This document shows, piece by piece, positions 12,482 through 25,974 of a stretch of 64,000 bases of DNA (position 1 is the stretch's first letter; every line of letters begins with the position of its first letter). The notes below the pieces were generated by a model. It had not been told where the DNA came from and ran no database searches. It was given only the letters and a program-made list of their open reading frames with translations. The DNA lies in contig OX597818.1 in the NCBI GenBank assembly GCA_951406725.2, positions 90,892,001-90,956,000 on the forward strand. The letters are read 5' to 3'. This DNA comes from Octopus vulgaris (lineage: Eukaryota). Both the position numbers and the translations under genes were made by a program.

Positions 12482-12545
<64 letters not shown>
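12255..12545. repeat. (TCCA)n(TCTA)n(CA)n compound microsatellite
   Basis: Directly visible. Confidence 0.9.
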
Positions 12546-12547
<2 letters not shown>

Positions 12548-12629
12548 CCTTCTTCCATTTTCCTGAGCGCCTAATAATAATAATACTGTAATTGTTCCAC
12601 GTGTTGTTGTTTTTTCTGTTTTCCGATTA

Positions 12630-12661
<32 letters not shown>

Positions 12662-12742
12662 AGCGTACGCGAATGGATTAGCACTCCTGATGTGGATGTG
12701 CATATTACTTTGGTACACAAGTGTATGTGACATCATTACTTG

Positions 12743-12782
<40 letters not shown>

Positions 12783-12871
12783 TGTGTGTGTGCATGTGTG
12801 TGCGATTCTATGTGCAAATGCGTGTCTATATACCTTTCCGTTTGCATAAATAACCAATTCTCTCGTTCTAG

Positions 12872-12979
12872 AATGACATGAAGCTGCGTTACATTGATAC
12901 ATGTAGAAGAATATTACCGTTTCTGGAGATGACGTTAGGATCCTTCAATGGAGGAAAGCAGTATTTCATGGGAGAACAG
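12872..12979 (+). CDS. S-crystallin exon, NDMKLRYIDTCRRILPFLEMTLGSFNGGKQYFMGEQ
   Basis: Acceptor ttctctcgttctag and donor CAG|gtatgt; 108 nt, phase 0-0. Carries the S-crystallin motif TCRRILPFLE.TL....GG.QYFMG.Q. Confidence 0.95.
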
Positions 12980-13162
12980 GTATGTTTACAGCTTATGAAT
13001 TCTTTTAGGCAGGATGTAAGTAGCGAATGCCTACATATGCCCAAGACTTCGGATATAGGTATCAATATAAATATGTGTAAATATGTTCCTACATACCCAT
13101 ATATATATCTTCACACGTGCATGTATATATATATACCCCCACACACATATATATATATACAT

Positions 13163-13212
<50 letters not shown>

Positions 13213-14117
13213 TTCTATATGTACATATATTTATAGATAGATACCAGTAGACATATAAATATGTACACGTTTACACACACGAACACACACACATACAAAC
13301 ATACACACACGCGCACATATATATATATGAGTGTGAGTGTATATGTGTGTATATGTGTGTATATGTGTGTGTGTGTGTGTGAAATTACGCAGGCAGTTAT
13401 ACGCAATATAAAACCAAAAAGAAGAATTCACTCGTCAGTAATGGTGACTGATGGTGCTGAGTAGCACCTAAATTGCTAGAGATAGAGTTAAAACAAGGCA
13501 TCACATGTTCATATACTGACAGGGGAGATAATCGCCCCTAAAGCGAAGCTTGATCACTGGATTAGACTAGTTTCGTCTGTAAATTTACAGATTCGTCAGC
13601 AGTGACTACTTCACCATCGAATGGCTTAGCCATGTCTAAACATTTACCATATAAATTTATAGCTGTTTTACCTAAATCCTGATGTGAAAATTACAAATTA
13701 ACGAAGGTAACTATATTCAGTATGTATATATCAAGAAAGAATACAGGTGGGTTAAGGTTCATTACAGGTGTTTCCGACACGTTTTCATTATTGAACCGAT
13801 TACATCATAAAAATACGTCGTCTTCAGGTGAATTAAAACTTAAAATTAAGTTTAAAAATTCCGAATGTGTGTTGAGCCTCACAGTTTGTAAACGTGTACT
13901 AATAATTATCATTGACTCCTACTCCTTATTTATTTTAAGTTAGAAATTTTTAAATTCTTTTGTCATTGAGTATGTGGATACTATATTTTTTTTTTATATT
14001 TCAAATACTTTTGCGCATTCAATGTCGAATAATTCAAAACAGAAACCTATTCAACAGAAAACAACCACTCTCTATTATTACTTGTGGTGTACAATTAACG
14101 TTTATCTCATATTGTAG

Positions 14118-14282
14118 ATTATGCTGTGTGATATGATGTGTTACTGTTGTTTGGAAGGTCCAATGCGAGACAACCCGTCGTTAATGAACGGCTACCCGAA
14201 TCTGATGGCTCTCAGACAGAGAGTATCCAGCCATCCTAAAATATCCATGTATCTGAAGAAACGCAGCCACAGTGATTGGTAA
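14118..14282 (+). CDS. S-crystallin last coding exon, [54 protein letters not shown]
   Basis: Acceptor ctcatattgtag; 165 nt ending in TAA at 14280-14282. Carries the S-crystallin motifs [28 protein letters not shown] and a terminal W. Confidence 0.96.
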   Translation: MMLCDMMCYCCLEGPMRDNPSLMNGYPNLMALRQRVSSHPKISMYLKKRSHSDW

Positions 14283-14330
14283 TGTTCACAGGGAGTCACA
14301 ATACATACTCCTACATACACCCTTGTCACC

Positions 14331-14389
<59 letters not shown>

Positions 14390-14396
14390 AACACAC

Positions 14397-14432
<36 letters not shown>

Positions 14433-14660
14433 ACATAGGCATACAAACTCACAAGCAAACATACATACGTGCATGCAAACATATGTATAAGCACACACAC
14501 ACACGCACACACTCACATATGAATGAGAAGCTGATTTATCTTTTACCGTGAATCTGAGTTTCACGGCACCTATTATTATATTGATTGAATTAGGGCGCTA
14601 GTAATATATAATGGAATATTTTTTCCCAAAACCTTCGAAATATGATATGCCAAATAGATA

Positions 14661-14678
14661 AATAAACAGCATAGTAAT

Positions 14679-14721
<43 letters not shown>

Positions 14722-14957
14722 TATAACCATCTTTCTTTCTATGGGAAATCCTATATGCAGAAAATAATCTTTTTCTTTTTCTTCTTTTGCGAAGTATTTG
14801 GAAATTACACATTAAATACTGCTAGGTGGAAGTGCTGCAATTCTTCATTTTTTGAATTCCTTAACACTTTTGCAAGCTTGCAAAAAAAAAAAAAAAAATT
14901 CTCCGCAGAAAGACACGAACCATATAAAAAAATATATAATTATTATTTACTAATAAA
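14661..14957 (+). promoter_or_regulatory. Candidate polyadenylation signals for the crystallin mRNA (AATAAA at 14661 and 14952)
   Basis: AATAAA hexamers downstream of the stop codon. The AT-rich context makes chance matches likely. Confidence 0.25.
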
Positions 14958-15395
14958 CATAAAAATACATTAACAATAACCTGTACACCTATATGCATAT
15001 GATCTATACGTATAATACCGAAGATCTGAAAAGAATCACATGTTTCGCACGGGAAAAGATCAGTGCATTGTGTTATGTGCGTGCCACCTAAATACATGAA
15101 TGTGTAACCTTTACTAATGTCTTTTTCAGCAAATAATCAAATCTTAAGGTATTGGCAACTAGTCATATTTCTAAGTCTTTGCGAATATTTTGCTGACATA
15201 TTGTCGCACTTTAGCTTATATATTGTCTCAGGCGATAACAAGAAAATCAGTGTTACGGTTCAAGAACTTTCAGCTAATAAAATCTGCACAAATTTTTATG
15301 CATTAAATATTATTTCCTGTTTGTCATCTCAAACATTTTCCCATATGCATGTGGTTTTATACATACATACATACATACATACATACATACATACA

Positions 15396-15427
<32 letters not shown>

Positions 15428-16156
15428 CAATAGAGTGACACACGCACACACACATATTTGCATGTCTGTTTTATTACAATATCACTTTTACAATCTCTAG
15501 TTTTTTATACTCGTATACAGAGATCGGCTACGTTGAAAAGTAAGCTGGCAACATGATGTCGCCCTTTATATCTTATCTTTGTGAAAACATGCTTGCGTTC
15601 ACTAGAGTAATTTGCTTTTGTTCCCAATACGAAATAAATGTAATTCTATAGAATCAATTTTTAATCGGGTGTCTTTGTAAAAGAAAGTATTGTTGAAATT
15701 AGGATACACATGTGAAACAGTATTAGATTAAATTAGCGATGTGTATCACATGAATATTTTATAAGCAAAAGGAGAACGGCGCTAGCTGTACTATTTTGAC
15801 AGAGGAAAACATTTCTTGTAGAGATTCGTGTATTAAAAAACACACGGAACACTGATATTTTGTCGTTAGCGGATCTTTAGACATATTTTCAACTTCATTT
15901 GTTCTCGTCAGTTACAAACAATCTGGTCATTGTCAGGTAAGCTGAACAATATTCGTTCAGATATAGAGTTCAAGAAAGAAAACATTTACTGATTGGTAAC
16001 AAAGCTGGCCGGGCTAAAATAAATTGAATATATGAACTTGAAAATTACAAGAGTTTAAGATAACTATGTACATAATATCTATAATAATATACAAAGAATG
16101 TCGCAAGGTGTTTTATTTTGTATTAAAGAAATTTTTCTTTAGTTTTCTTATTTGGT

Positions 16157-16912
16157 TTTCACAAAATTAATGTATATTTCGAAGTAACTTTTACACAGTG
16201 TTATTAAAAGATGGATGTCTGAGTTCAAACTCCAGAGAGGTCGGCTTTATCTTTAATCTTTTCGGGGTTGATAGAATAAATAATAGTTGAGTACAGGGTC
16301 CAAATTGCTGGTTTTGTTCCATGGAAATTATAGACGTCGGAGAATAAAATTACTTGACTGGATTATGATAAGAGATGTAGACACCCCTATCTTTCCTCAC
16401 AAAAATATATGGTTTGATGTATTTCATATTTACAACGTCATTGCAGAACGTTAAATGATAAAATCTGAACTATGAAATATTTAACACATTGATAACTGCG
16501 GTTTCAGTATGCAAAACATTATCAATGGTGCACATTACGGATTGAATTATATCAGTAAATATGTAAATTAAATGGTGACGCCATTGAGAAAATAGCTTGC
16601 AGCGTAACTAGTATATTCATTGATATTACACAATGATGGTATCTAGTATACACAGTGGTATATGATTAAATCTTTAGCAGTAGTTTCACTAAATTAATAT
16701 ATATTTAGTAGTGACTTTTACACAGTGTTATTAAAACATGCGGATCTGAGTTCAAACTCCACAGAGGTCGGCTTTGTCATTAATCCTTTCGGGGTTGATA
16801 GAATAAATAACAGTTGAATACAGCGTCGATATAATAGACTTTCCCTTTTCTCCAAATTGCTGATTTCGTTCCAAAATTCGTAAAGATTATTTAGCGATGT
16901 GTCTAGAGAATA
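16157..16912 (+). repeat. Local direct duplication of about 200 bp (16157-16350 and 16684-16912) containing a SINE B fragment
   Basis: acttttacacagtgttattaaaa...tctgagttcaaactcca.agaggtcggcttt...tttcggggttgatagaataaataa occurs twice, offset about 527 bp. Confidence 0.8.
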
Positions 16913-17177
16913 CACATACACACATATATGCACACACACATACATACAAACATACAAATACACACACGTGCACACGTGTACACTCACATACATACGTTCA
17001 CATGCACACGCACATACATATATACATAGTAATGACAAGGATTCAAATAATCAACGCAGAGCTCATATTAAGATCACCATCAAGTGAAAGGCTAACAAGA
17101 AACATCGTGGTCAGGATGAACTTTAGTGTCATTCTGAAATTTCCGGAAATAGTTTTATAAATTTATGTTCTCAGAAA

Positions 17178-19231
17178 TCTATAATTTCAGTTTCTGAAGC
17201 TTATTGAATTTAAATATTCATTGCATTCACTGCGTCCGATTCTTCATAAATTTTAATATTGCATTCACTGCGGAGTAGATTTTAATGTTTAATAATAAAC
17301 ACTATTAATTCGTTGCAGCAACATTTTACGTTTTAATTTGCAACAGTCTCTCATTCTGGCTCGCCTCTATTTTCATTAATGATAACCTAATAAAAGCTAT
17401 ATAACTTTGATACGAAACACAATTTCAGTAATATTATCAATTTCCGGACTTTGAATATATTTGATAAAATGAAAATTCTTTAATATAACAGTATAATTTC
17501 TTTTTTTAAAGGAAGAAGTGATTTTGTTGGTATGGCTACTTGGAACGCTAAAGTTGTTACAATAATTTCTATTTGATCGTTGCTATTTGTAGCACGCTAA
17601 ACAAGATAGTTCTTAACGAGCTTTCATTCATGCATAAGATACTATCGAAAAAGAAAATTTATCAGCAACGGTACAACGGCAGAGAGAAAGACGAGCAACT
17701 GAATCAGATGAAACCAGGACAAAGCGTCTGAAACAGATGTCTAAATATGCACGGAGACGTGGACATGATTCTGTTTCCGCTATACATGGCCGAGAGGAGA
17801 ATATTCTAATTCAAAATAATGGTGTCACGTCACAAATTTGTTTGTAACACTAAAGAGATCTTTTCTTTGCGATTATGTATAAGTGGTGGAGTTGACAACC
17901 GATCTAAGACTTCTTACAAAAGGACATTCTGATTAAAGAGAGGCTGCTAATTACATTCTTGAAGTAGAAAATCGTAACATTTCTGTAGAACAAAGCCTAG
18001 GTGAATTCAAAATCAAACTACCCAATGAGCTTTGCCTTGAAAGTGATAAAATTTCAGAGTTATGTGATTCTGTATATGCTAACCTCAAAATAACTTCACA
18101 AATCCTGTGTGGCTTGCAAATACAACCATTGTTATTCCAATAAATGAAGCAGCACAATCGTTTTTGAATGATTTTCTGTGGACCAGGAAACCTGGTGAGC
18201 TAAAAGTATACAGAAGCTCAGATAGAGTTGATAATGAAACTCTGTACTCAGTCGAGTTCATCAACAAACTTACATAATCAGGGTTTCCACCACACATTCT
18301 CAGACCGAAGAAAAAATAATGCATAATGCTTCTGAGAAATTTAGATACTACTAATGGACATTGCAATGGCACACGCAGCATCATTGTCAGTTTACATTAT
18401 CATGTTATTGAGGTAGAGGTTGCTTCTGGTCCTTATACAGGATCAACTCTGCTAATCCCAAGAATACTATATGTATTCCAAGAAATGGAATTTGCATTCA
18501 CATTTACACGCAAACTATTTCCTATCAAGCCAGATTTTGCCTTGACGTGCAGCAAGGCACAGGGACAGACTTTTGAACAAGTTGGAATATATCTTCCGAT
18601 GCAATTATTTGTATAGGGTCAGCTGTATGTTGCATTATCTAGAGTTCGAAAGAAGGCTAATGTAAAAATATTGGTTGAGAGAAATGGAAACAGTATGATT
18701 ACTGACAATTGTGTCTACAAGGGGATACTGCTTTAGAGTAAATAATTTAAGGCAAATAGAATTAACACGTAAATTATATGTAACGTAACATATATTTGTG
18801 TGAAATTAAATTATGTAATATTTCAACACATGCCGAATGAATGATATTGTTGTATTAGATCATTTTAAAAAGTAAGGAAATCCCAATCCCATGTGTTCTC
18901 ACAGCACCAGACATTTGCAAGTGTGTGGGTAGGTGGGTGTATTCCTCCATCCATCCATCTCTCTCTCTCTCTCTCTCTCTCTTAACTATCTGCTGATGCG
19001 CACCTTTGTAAGTTCTACCAATTATTAATGATAAATATATATAACGAATTGCCTCTTTCAGAACGATTATGACTGTGATAAAACAATGAAAGCAATATTG
19101 GCTAATCAAGTGGGCACTATTATACAAAGAAATAATTAGACGTAAAATATCATAAAACTTATTAGAATTGGGAATCAAATGTGAAGATATTATGGAGTGG
19201 CTAGCAGAAAACCACTCGGTTTTTCTGCTAG
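17178..19231 (+). mobile_element. Internally deleted Helitron
   Basis: PIF1 helicase remnant inside; 3' hairpin ctagcagaaaa-N9-ttttctgctag ends in CTAG at 19231. The 5' end (a|TCtataat at 17178) is tentative. Confidence 0.8.
17990..18736 (+). pseudogene. Helitron RepHel C-terminal PIF1-like helicase, with stops and frameshifts
   Basis: VEFINKLT*SGFPPHIL, MLLRNLDTTNGHCNGTR, LLIPRI, RKLFPIKPDFALTCSKAQGQTFEQVGIYL, *GQLYVALSRV, TDNCVYKGIL*. Confidence 0.92.
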
Positions 19232-19264
19232 CATATATAATAAAAGTAGAAATAAATATCAAAT

Positions 19265-19835
19265 ATCAATTTCAAGCAGTGGTCAGCATAGTTAAAGAAC
19301 GCCCGAGGACCGTGATTAATATTTAAATATAAATAAGAGAAGAGACAACTAAGTGGATTCCTGGTATGCTTAAAATAGACACCAAACCGCCCTACACAGA
19401 AATATGTGTTCCCAAATTAGCAAGACGCTAGATGTTTACGAGCTGACACGACAATGGAACTGGACACCACCCTTCGCCGTGAGAGGACAGGCGTATATAA
19501 GGTTCCAATATCATATATCTTCGATCCAAAAGCCCTCGTACTAGCGCGCTAATTCGGAAAATAACCGCAGTGAAGGATATTCATCAGTGAATCAACTGGC
19601 TAGAGTACACAGATATTTGAAATTAAATAAGAGTAGAAATTAATGTTATTAAATAATATATATTTCAGCCACTGGTCAGCATAGTTAAAAACATCTGAGG
19701 ACCGTGAATTATATTCAAATATATAAAGAGGAGAGACCACTAAGTGGATCCCTTGTATGCTAATTTGTATGCTGAGGTAGGGCGGTTTGACGTCTATTTC
19801 TAGCATACAAGGGATCCACTTAGTGGTCTCTCTCA
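19265..19835. repeat. Direct plus inverted repeat element, possibly Penelope-like
   Basis: About 19270-19370 recurs at about 19660-19762. A perfect 32-bp inverted repeat lies at 19731-19762 and 19801-19832. Related sequence occurs at 35855-36085. Confidence 0.7.
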
Positions 19836-19957
19836 TATATATATATAGACATATATATATATATATATTTATTTACTAAGTGACTAATCTCTAGAACGGT
19901 TGATGTTAGATAAAATCACTAACTCTACTTCAGATAGCAAGCGAACATAATAAATAT

Positions 19958-20305
19958 CCTTTTCTACTAAAGGCACAAGGCCTGAAATATGGGGGAGGGG
20001 GATAGATTTCTTCGACCACATTGCGTAACTGGTACATATTTCATCGTCCCCGAAATGATGAAAAGCAAACTCGATTTCGGCGGAATTTGAACTCAGAATG
20101 TAACGACGGGCGAAATACCTATTTCTTTACTACCCAAAAGGGGCTAAATATAGAGGGGACAAACAAGGACTGACAAACGGATTAAGTCAATTACATCGAC
20201 CCCAGTGCGTAACTGGTACTTAATTTATCGACCCCGAAAAGATGAAAGTGAAAGTCGACCTCGGCGGAATTTGAACTCAGAACGTAACGGCAGACAAAAT
20301 ACGAC
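19958..20305 (-). mobile_element. SINE family B with tandemly duplicated body
   Basis: Two units of gtaactggtac...ccccgaaa...ggcggaatttgaactcagaa. Confidence 0.85.
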
Positions 20306-21019
20306 TAATAAAGAAACAAATACAATAAAGTAAAAATGAAATGAAAGAAAAACAAATGGAAAAATACGATAAAGGCAAAGTCATAAAAATTATATATGTA
20401 AATAAGGAAAGTTTGTGAAGTTATTTTCTAAAGAAAATTAGGTTGACCTTCCCGTAAAAAGATATATAAATAAAACAAACCAATAAGTAGAATAGAAAAT
20501 GTGGGAAAAATCAATAGAAGAAGAAAATAAAGTTTTCAAATCAAATCGGAGGGCTTAAGCTGTTGGAATTTCACGCCCAGCTGATTTTGAAAGCGTTATT
20601 TGAGGACCTTTGGCACGGTACCAACATTCACACACATATCCGTATGCGAAAATTCACAGACATATTAATATACATTGGTACACATTAATACACAGCATTA
20701 CACATACATGAACTCTCTTACATGCGCACACACACAGCGGTTCTAGCACAAAACACTAATATCAAAGTACTAGTTATTAATAGTAGAAGATCAATAATTA
20801 ATTTAATTGATCGAAACAGATTATAGTCTAGCCTTTAAAGACGTATATTTAAAAAAAAGTGAAAAAGAAAACAAAGCAATATACTTCAGAGATAGACGAA
20901 ACGAAATAGTCCCAGAAGTAATTTTGGTAAAATATCTCGGGGGAGTGAAAAATTGGTGAAAATAATATCGGATGTTTTATCCAGTGGGAATTACAGAAAG
21001 TTTCACCTAGTATCTATTG

Positions 21020-21220
21020 TTTTAAGATTTATAACAAGGCCAGCAAATTTAGAGAGAAGTGACGGGGAACCTGATTACTTCAACCCTAGTAATTGGCAGC
21101 ATTTTATTGACCCGAAAGACCTGTTGACCTTGGCATCATTTGAACGTAGAACATGAAGAATCGGAAGAAATTCCGTTAAGCATTTTGTTTGACGTGCTAA
21201 CGACTCTCTCATCTGGCTGT
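21020..21220 (-). mobile_element. SINE family B, decayed
   Basis: ttttattgacccgaaag...gttgaccttggcatcatttgaac...cgtgctaacgactct. Confidence 0.55.
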
Positions 21221-22186
21221 TTTACTTCAGCCAAAATATATGAAACTTCCTATTCTTACGTTTAAAGAATATTAAAATGGATGAGAATAAGTCGTTTAGG
21301 GTCTCATTAGAACTTCGATGAAGGAAACAGAACATGCAAATATTTTTTCAGGAACAGTTTAAAGAATTGTAATTATATCATGATTGATGAAGTTTGAAGT
21401 AATACCAACATTTCTAACAAGTATATATTAGCGACAGAGCAGTATTAATACCGGGAGTTAATATTTATCTCGAATTAAACGTGGATGTTCTATTAGAACA
21501 GGCGATACTGCTGTAGTTACCATGAGAGTAACTCTCAAGCCAATATGAGAGTTTCTCTCATGGAAACAACTGCAGTATAGTTTGTTCTAATAGAACATTC
21601 ACATTTAATTGTTATACAGCATTCAAGTCGTTGAAGTATAGCAGTGTAAACATGTATTGTAAACATTGAAATATCATCATTATTTTTCCGATCCTGTTGC
21701 ATTTCACGTGGAATATTTGGTCTTTCAAAGTCGTCTTCGTGTATAAATCGACTGACTTTTTTGCTTTGCAAACTTTAGTGTGAACAATTCTCATTGTGTG
21801 TCTGAAAATAAGGTAAGTCCGGCAGATGGTTATCCACCGATTTCGACGATGATTATTCATTTGTTCAATCATCTGAATTCCCTGCTCATTGAATTAACAT
21901 CTAAGTAGTTGAACATGTTGTAGGTACGTGCGGCCTTATTGTAATTCTGGGGTGGATTCAGTGTAATACAATGTATGACATGTGCATACTTTTTGAGTTA
22001 AAGATGTAATTCATCCATCTAGTTCAATACAATTTCTGCTCATCCAGTAACGATCATAAGCAAGATCTATTTAGTAAAGGATATTTAATCATTATGCTAC
22101 GACTTTGGACCGAACGCGAGGTTCACCTCATAACCATTCAACCATACAGAAGCTACAAATGAGGTAGCTTCTGTATCGCGAACTGT

Positions 22187-22602
22187 AAGGCGGCGAACTG
22201 GCAGAATCGTTAGCACGCCGGGTGAAATGCGTAGCCGTATTTCTTCTGCTGTTACGTTCTGAATTCAAATTTCGCCGAGGTCGACTTTGCCTTTCATCCT
22301 TTCGGGGTCGATTAAATAAGTACCAGTTACGCACTGGGTCGATATGATCGACTTAATCCGTCTGTCTGTCTTTGTTTGTCCTCTCTGTGTTTAGACCCTT
22401 GTGGGTAGTAAAGAAATAGGTATTTCGTCTGCTGTTACGTTCTGAGTTCAAATTCTGCCTAGGTCGACTTTCACTTTCATCCTTTCGGGGTCGATAAATT
22501 AAGTACCAGTTACGCACTGGGGTCGATGTAATCGACTTAATCCCTTTGTCTGTCCTTGTTTGTCCCCTCTATGTTTAGCCCCTTGTGGGCAATAAAGAAA
22601 TT
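22187..22602 (+). mobile_element. SINE family B: head plus two tandem body units of about 183 bp
   Basis: aaggcggcgaactggcagaatcgttagc head; units at about 22238-22419 and 22420-22602. Confidence 0.9.
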
Positions 22603-22844
22603 AAAAGGTACCAATGAGGCAAACGATTATATACATCTGGGATATATTTATAGTTATTGTTCTTTAACTAAAGTTACTAATGGACAACATGGATTAACTA
22701 AATGCTTAATTTAGGCATAAAAATCAAATACCAAAGTTTATATGGATCTCAAATTTATTAAAAACATGAGATATAGATTTAATAGCAAAAATGATAAGAT
22801 CGTTGTAGATACGTCCAGTAATATGTTAGACGAATAGAGTTTTT

Positions 22845-23040
22845 CCTCTTTTACTCTCTTAATGGTTTCAGTCATTGGACTGCGGCTATGCTGGAGCACC
22901 GCTCTGTAGAGTTAGTTAAATAAAACGACACCAGTACTTATTTTAAATCTGGTACTTATTATAACGTTAACTTTTATTGAATGGCTAAGATATAGGCAAA
23001 TAAATAAATAAATAAATAAATAAAATGAACTCTCAAGGGG
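22845..23040 (-). mobile_element. SINE family A, 3' fragment
   Basis: gtttcagtcattggactgcggctatgctggagcaccgc. Confidence 0.7.
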
Positions 23041-23389
23041 TGGGTTACAAACATGAACATATGCAGATGCATACATGTACACACACACACACACATACAC
23101 ACACACACACATACACACACACACACATATATATCTATATACATGCATACATTCATAAATACATGTTTCAGCTTCTGCTGTTTAATGCTCTTACTTGAAG
23201 GGGCTGGGTTCATCTCAGATTAGTATTAATAACACAGCTATTGTTCACCAACTACATGAAAAGTATGGAAAACATACTTTGATCTGTGATACGTTCCTGT
23301 ACTAATAAGGCTGGAACTTAATCTGGTGTCCATATATGGTTTCCTGGCTTCAAATTGACTTAAATTACAGCACTGTCCCCACCCCAACC

Positions 23390-24295
23390 ATGAACGGATT
23401 GCCAGATTATTGCTGGATTAACTTTCGAGCAAAATAATGCGGTACTCGTTTACACCTGATTGGACCTAACTGACGTAAAGTCAAATGCTTTGCTCATGAA
23501 CACAACACACTTCCGGCTCCGACATTCGAAACCATAATCATACAATTGTGAGTGCAACAGCCTTAACCACTAGAATGCGCGCCTTTACGCGTCTACGTGA
23601 GAACTTGTATTTAATAAATTGGTGAGCTGACAGATTGGTAGCACGTTGAACAAAATAAAAAATGCAAAAGCCAAAGAATGTATAGCTTCTCACATTTATT
23701 AGAAACACGTGAGAAGCCATGTAAAATGGTGATATAGTTTTAATACTAAAAGTGATAAGATCTCTCTAAATATGGCCAAGAATATGTTCAACAAATATAG
23801 TTTTACCATTTTGCTCCATTATAAAGAATTATTATTGAAATCGAGGAAAAGCGAGTTACAAAATGTTTTACGCTAGTTAGTTATGTTCCTTTACTATCAG
23901 TATTGGAATACCGTAGGACTTTCTCCGTTTTCATGGTTCTATAAATTAATCATACGCATCTGTGTACTGAAATTATGGACATGTTGCCAAATTAAGAAGT
24001 ATCATGTTGCCAATACCGAACAGTGACATTGAATGACCACTTGCTTTGTGCTAGCAGTTCCATTTAATATATCAAATGGATCAAAGGTCGTTGGTGAACT
24101 CTTGGCTCATAAGGTCGGTCTCCCGGATTCCATGGCGTATATATATACTTCACGTGGACGGGACGACGATCCGTCGCAAGAATGCTCATTTTTTCCATTA
24201 GGGTTGACTGGAGCAATGTAAAATGAAGCACGCTACAAGAATCAAACCTGCAGTCTTACGATCAAAGGGCAACACTAACCACTAAGCCAGGCGCT
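23390..24295 (-). mobile_element. Two decayed SINE family C copies (about 23390-23585 and 24105-24295)
   Basis: ttgctcatgaacacaacac...tcgaaacc...ccttaaccactag and gactggagcaatgtaaaatgaag...ctaaccactaagcca. Confidence 0.55.
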
Positions 24296-24992
24296 TCTGC
24301 CTCTTTACTACAACAGCTACATTGTTACTACACTATTTTAACGAATCTTCTGTAGATGTACTAATAGTATTATATCATCATAGACTGCACTATGTTACTA
24401 TAATGCTACAGAGTTTAGAATATCAGTGATAATGCAATGGAATCTGTAATAATATAGACGCGGTTCTAGTAATGATGTTTTTCAGTGTAATGCCAATGCA
24501 TGATATTTACTATGCATCAAGCCATTACATCTGGGAATTATTTGCAGTTCAGAATAGCAACAACAATACAAATACCGCCATCATACTGCAAAGCAGCCCG
24601 ATATTGTGACTCTACAACGAGCATTATAATAACATATAATTACGAGATCCGTACTTATTGAAGTGCGAGAAAGACAGAGAGATATATCCCTCAAATTCTA
24701 TTCTGCTGTCTTAGAAAACATTGGACAATGTGATGCATGTTTCACAATACAAATGAGATGGTCATGGCTGGAATGTTTTCGAACATAGATATTCTTAAGG
24801 CTGCGCTGCAAATGAACAACGGCAATAATCATCTGTGCTGAATTACTCAAGGATTTCGAAAAGACGACGTAGTGTCGCTGGAGCAGCTTTGATGAAAGAT
24901 GTATTCCCATTAGTCGGATCTAGGGTTAAACTACAACGGCAGCAACAACAACATAGATGACGACGACAACAACAGCAGCAACAGCAGCAGCA

Positions 24993-25460
24993 GTAGAGGC
25001 GCAATGTCCCAGTGGTTAAGGCAGCGGTCTCGCGGTCGTAAGAGCGTGGTTTCGATTCCCAAACCGGGCACTGTGAGTGTTTATTGCGCAAAAACAGCTA
25101 AGCTCCACGAGGCTCCAGCAGGAAGGGGTGATACTCTTTCACCACAACTTTCTCTCTTTCATTCTTCCTACTTCTGCCACAAAGCAGAGGAACCATGGTG
25201 TAACCCACTATGGTGTGGTAAACTTTCAGACCCTAGTCTAGATTGCGAACCCTGTGTACCCCAGGATGGTTCAGCTCTCCACCCGTTTACGGAATGAGGA
25301 TAACAACGTAGCTTTCGCACCCGTGCAACCGCCTGTCTATCGCGTGTGGTGGGTGGATCTTCAAGTTGCCACACACATTCTTAGTAGCTTAGAGTAGGCT
25401 CGAATCAGAGATTATGCTTTGTGGCCAATTTACGTGAGTCCTGATTGGAAGAAGAAGAAG
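24993..25460 (+). mobile_element. SINE family D, full length with (GAA)n tail, inserted in a (CAG/CAA)n tract
   Basis: tRNA-like head (cagtggttaagg A box, ggtttcgattcc B box) and gaagaagaagaag tail; CAG/CAA repeats flank both sides. Confidence 0.85.
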
Positions 25461-25872
25461 ACAGCAGCAGCAACAACAACAATAACAACAACAATCAGTT
25501 CTTTTAATCCTATCTCTACTACACATTCATCACTACTACAGCTTCGACATTATTACTGCGCTAGTTTACGAAATTAGCTGTAGTTGTGTGTTATTTACTA
25601 AATTATTACAAACGCTATAAGATTATTACAGTGTCACAGAGTCTGCATCAAGATCAATAATGCCATAGAGTCTGTAGTCATATGGATGAAATTATAGTAA
25701 TGTGATGGTTATTTTGCTGTTGTAGTGAGGTTTATAAAAGGATGGTGGTGCATCCTACAGTTATATGAAGATAGGAATATTGTACAGTTCTATATTTAAG
25801 AGATGAGGAATTATATAAATTATTTACATTATTTACATTTCACGGATATTTGTCCTCATCTTGTTTGTTGTT

Positions 25873-25918
25873 AACACAACGTTTCGGTGGATACACCCTC
25901 CAGCCTTTATCAGGTGTC
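25873..25918 (-). ncRNA. Decayed minimal type-I hammerhead ribozyme motif
   Basis: gacac-CUGAUAA-aggcuggagggugu-auccacc-GAAAC-GUU-guguu. Helix I (gacac/guguu) is intact; core G8 is changed to A. Confidence 0.6.
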
Positions 25919-25974
25919 TTGGGGAAATTTCGAACCTGGGTTCTCATTCCTAAGGTATTTTTCGATGTTATTAA

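Noticed and set aside
12980-13240. Extension of ORF 12878-13240 beyond MGEQ
   Set aside because: Read-through into the intron past a strong donor site; runs into a microsatellite.
15803-15936. AG...GTAAG-bounded exon-like segment downstream of the crystallin
   Set aside because: Stops in all three frames and no supporting evidence.
18326-18616. Cellular PIF1 helicase gene
   Set aside because: Intronless, interrupted by stops and followed by a Helitron 3' end.
24698-24910. Possible Tc1/mariner C-terminal remnant (IDILKAALQMNN..HL on +)
   Set aside because: Similarity too weak and no TIRs found.
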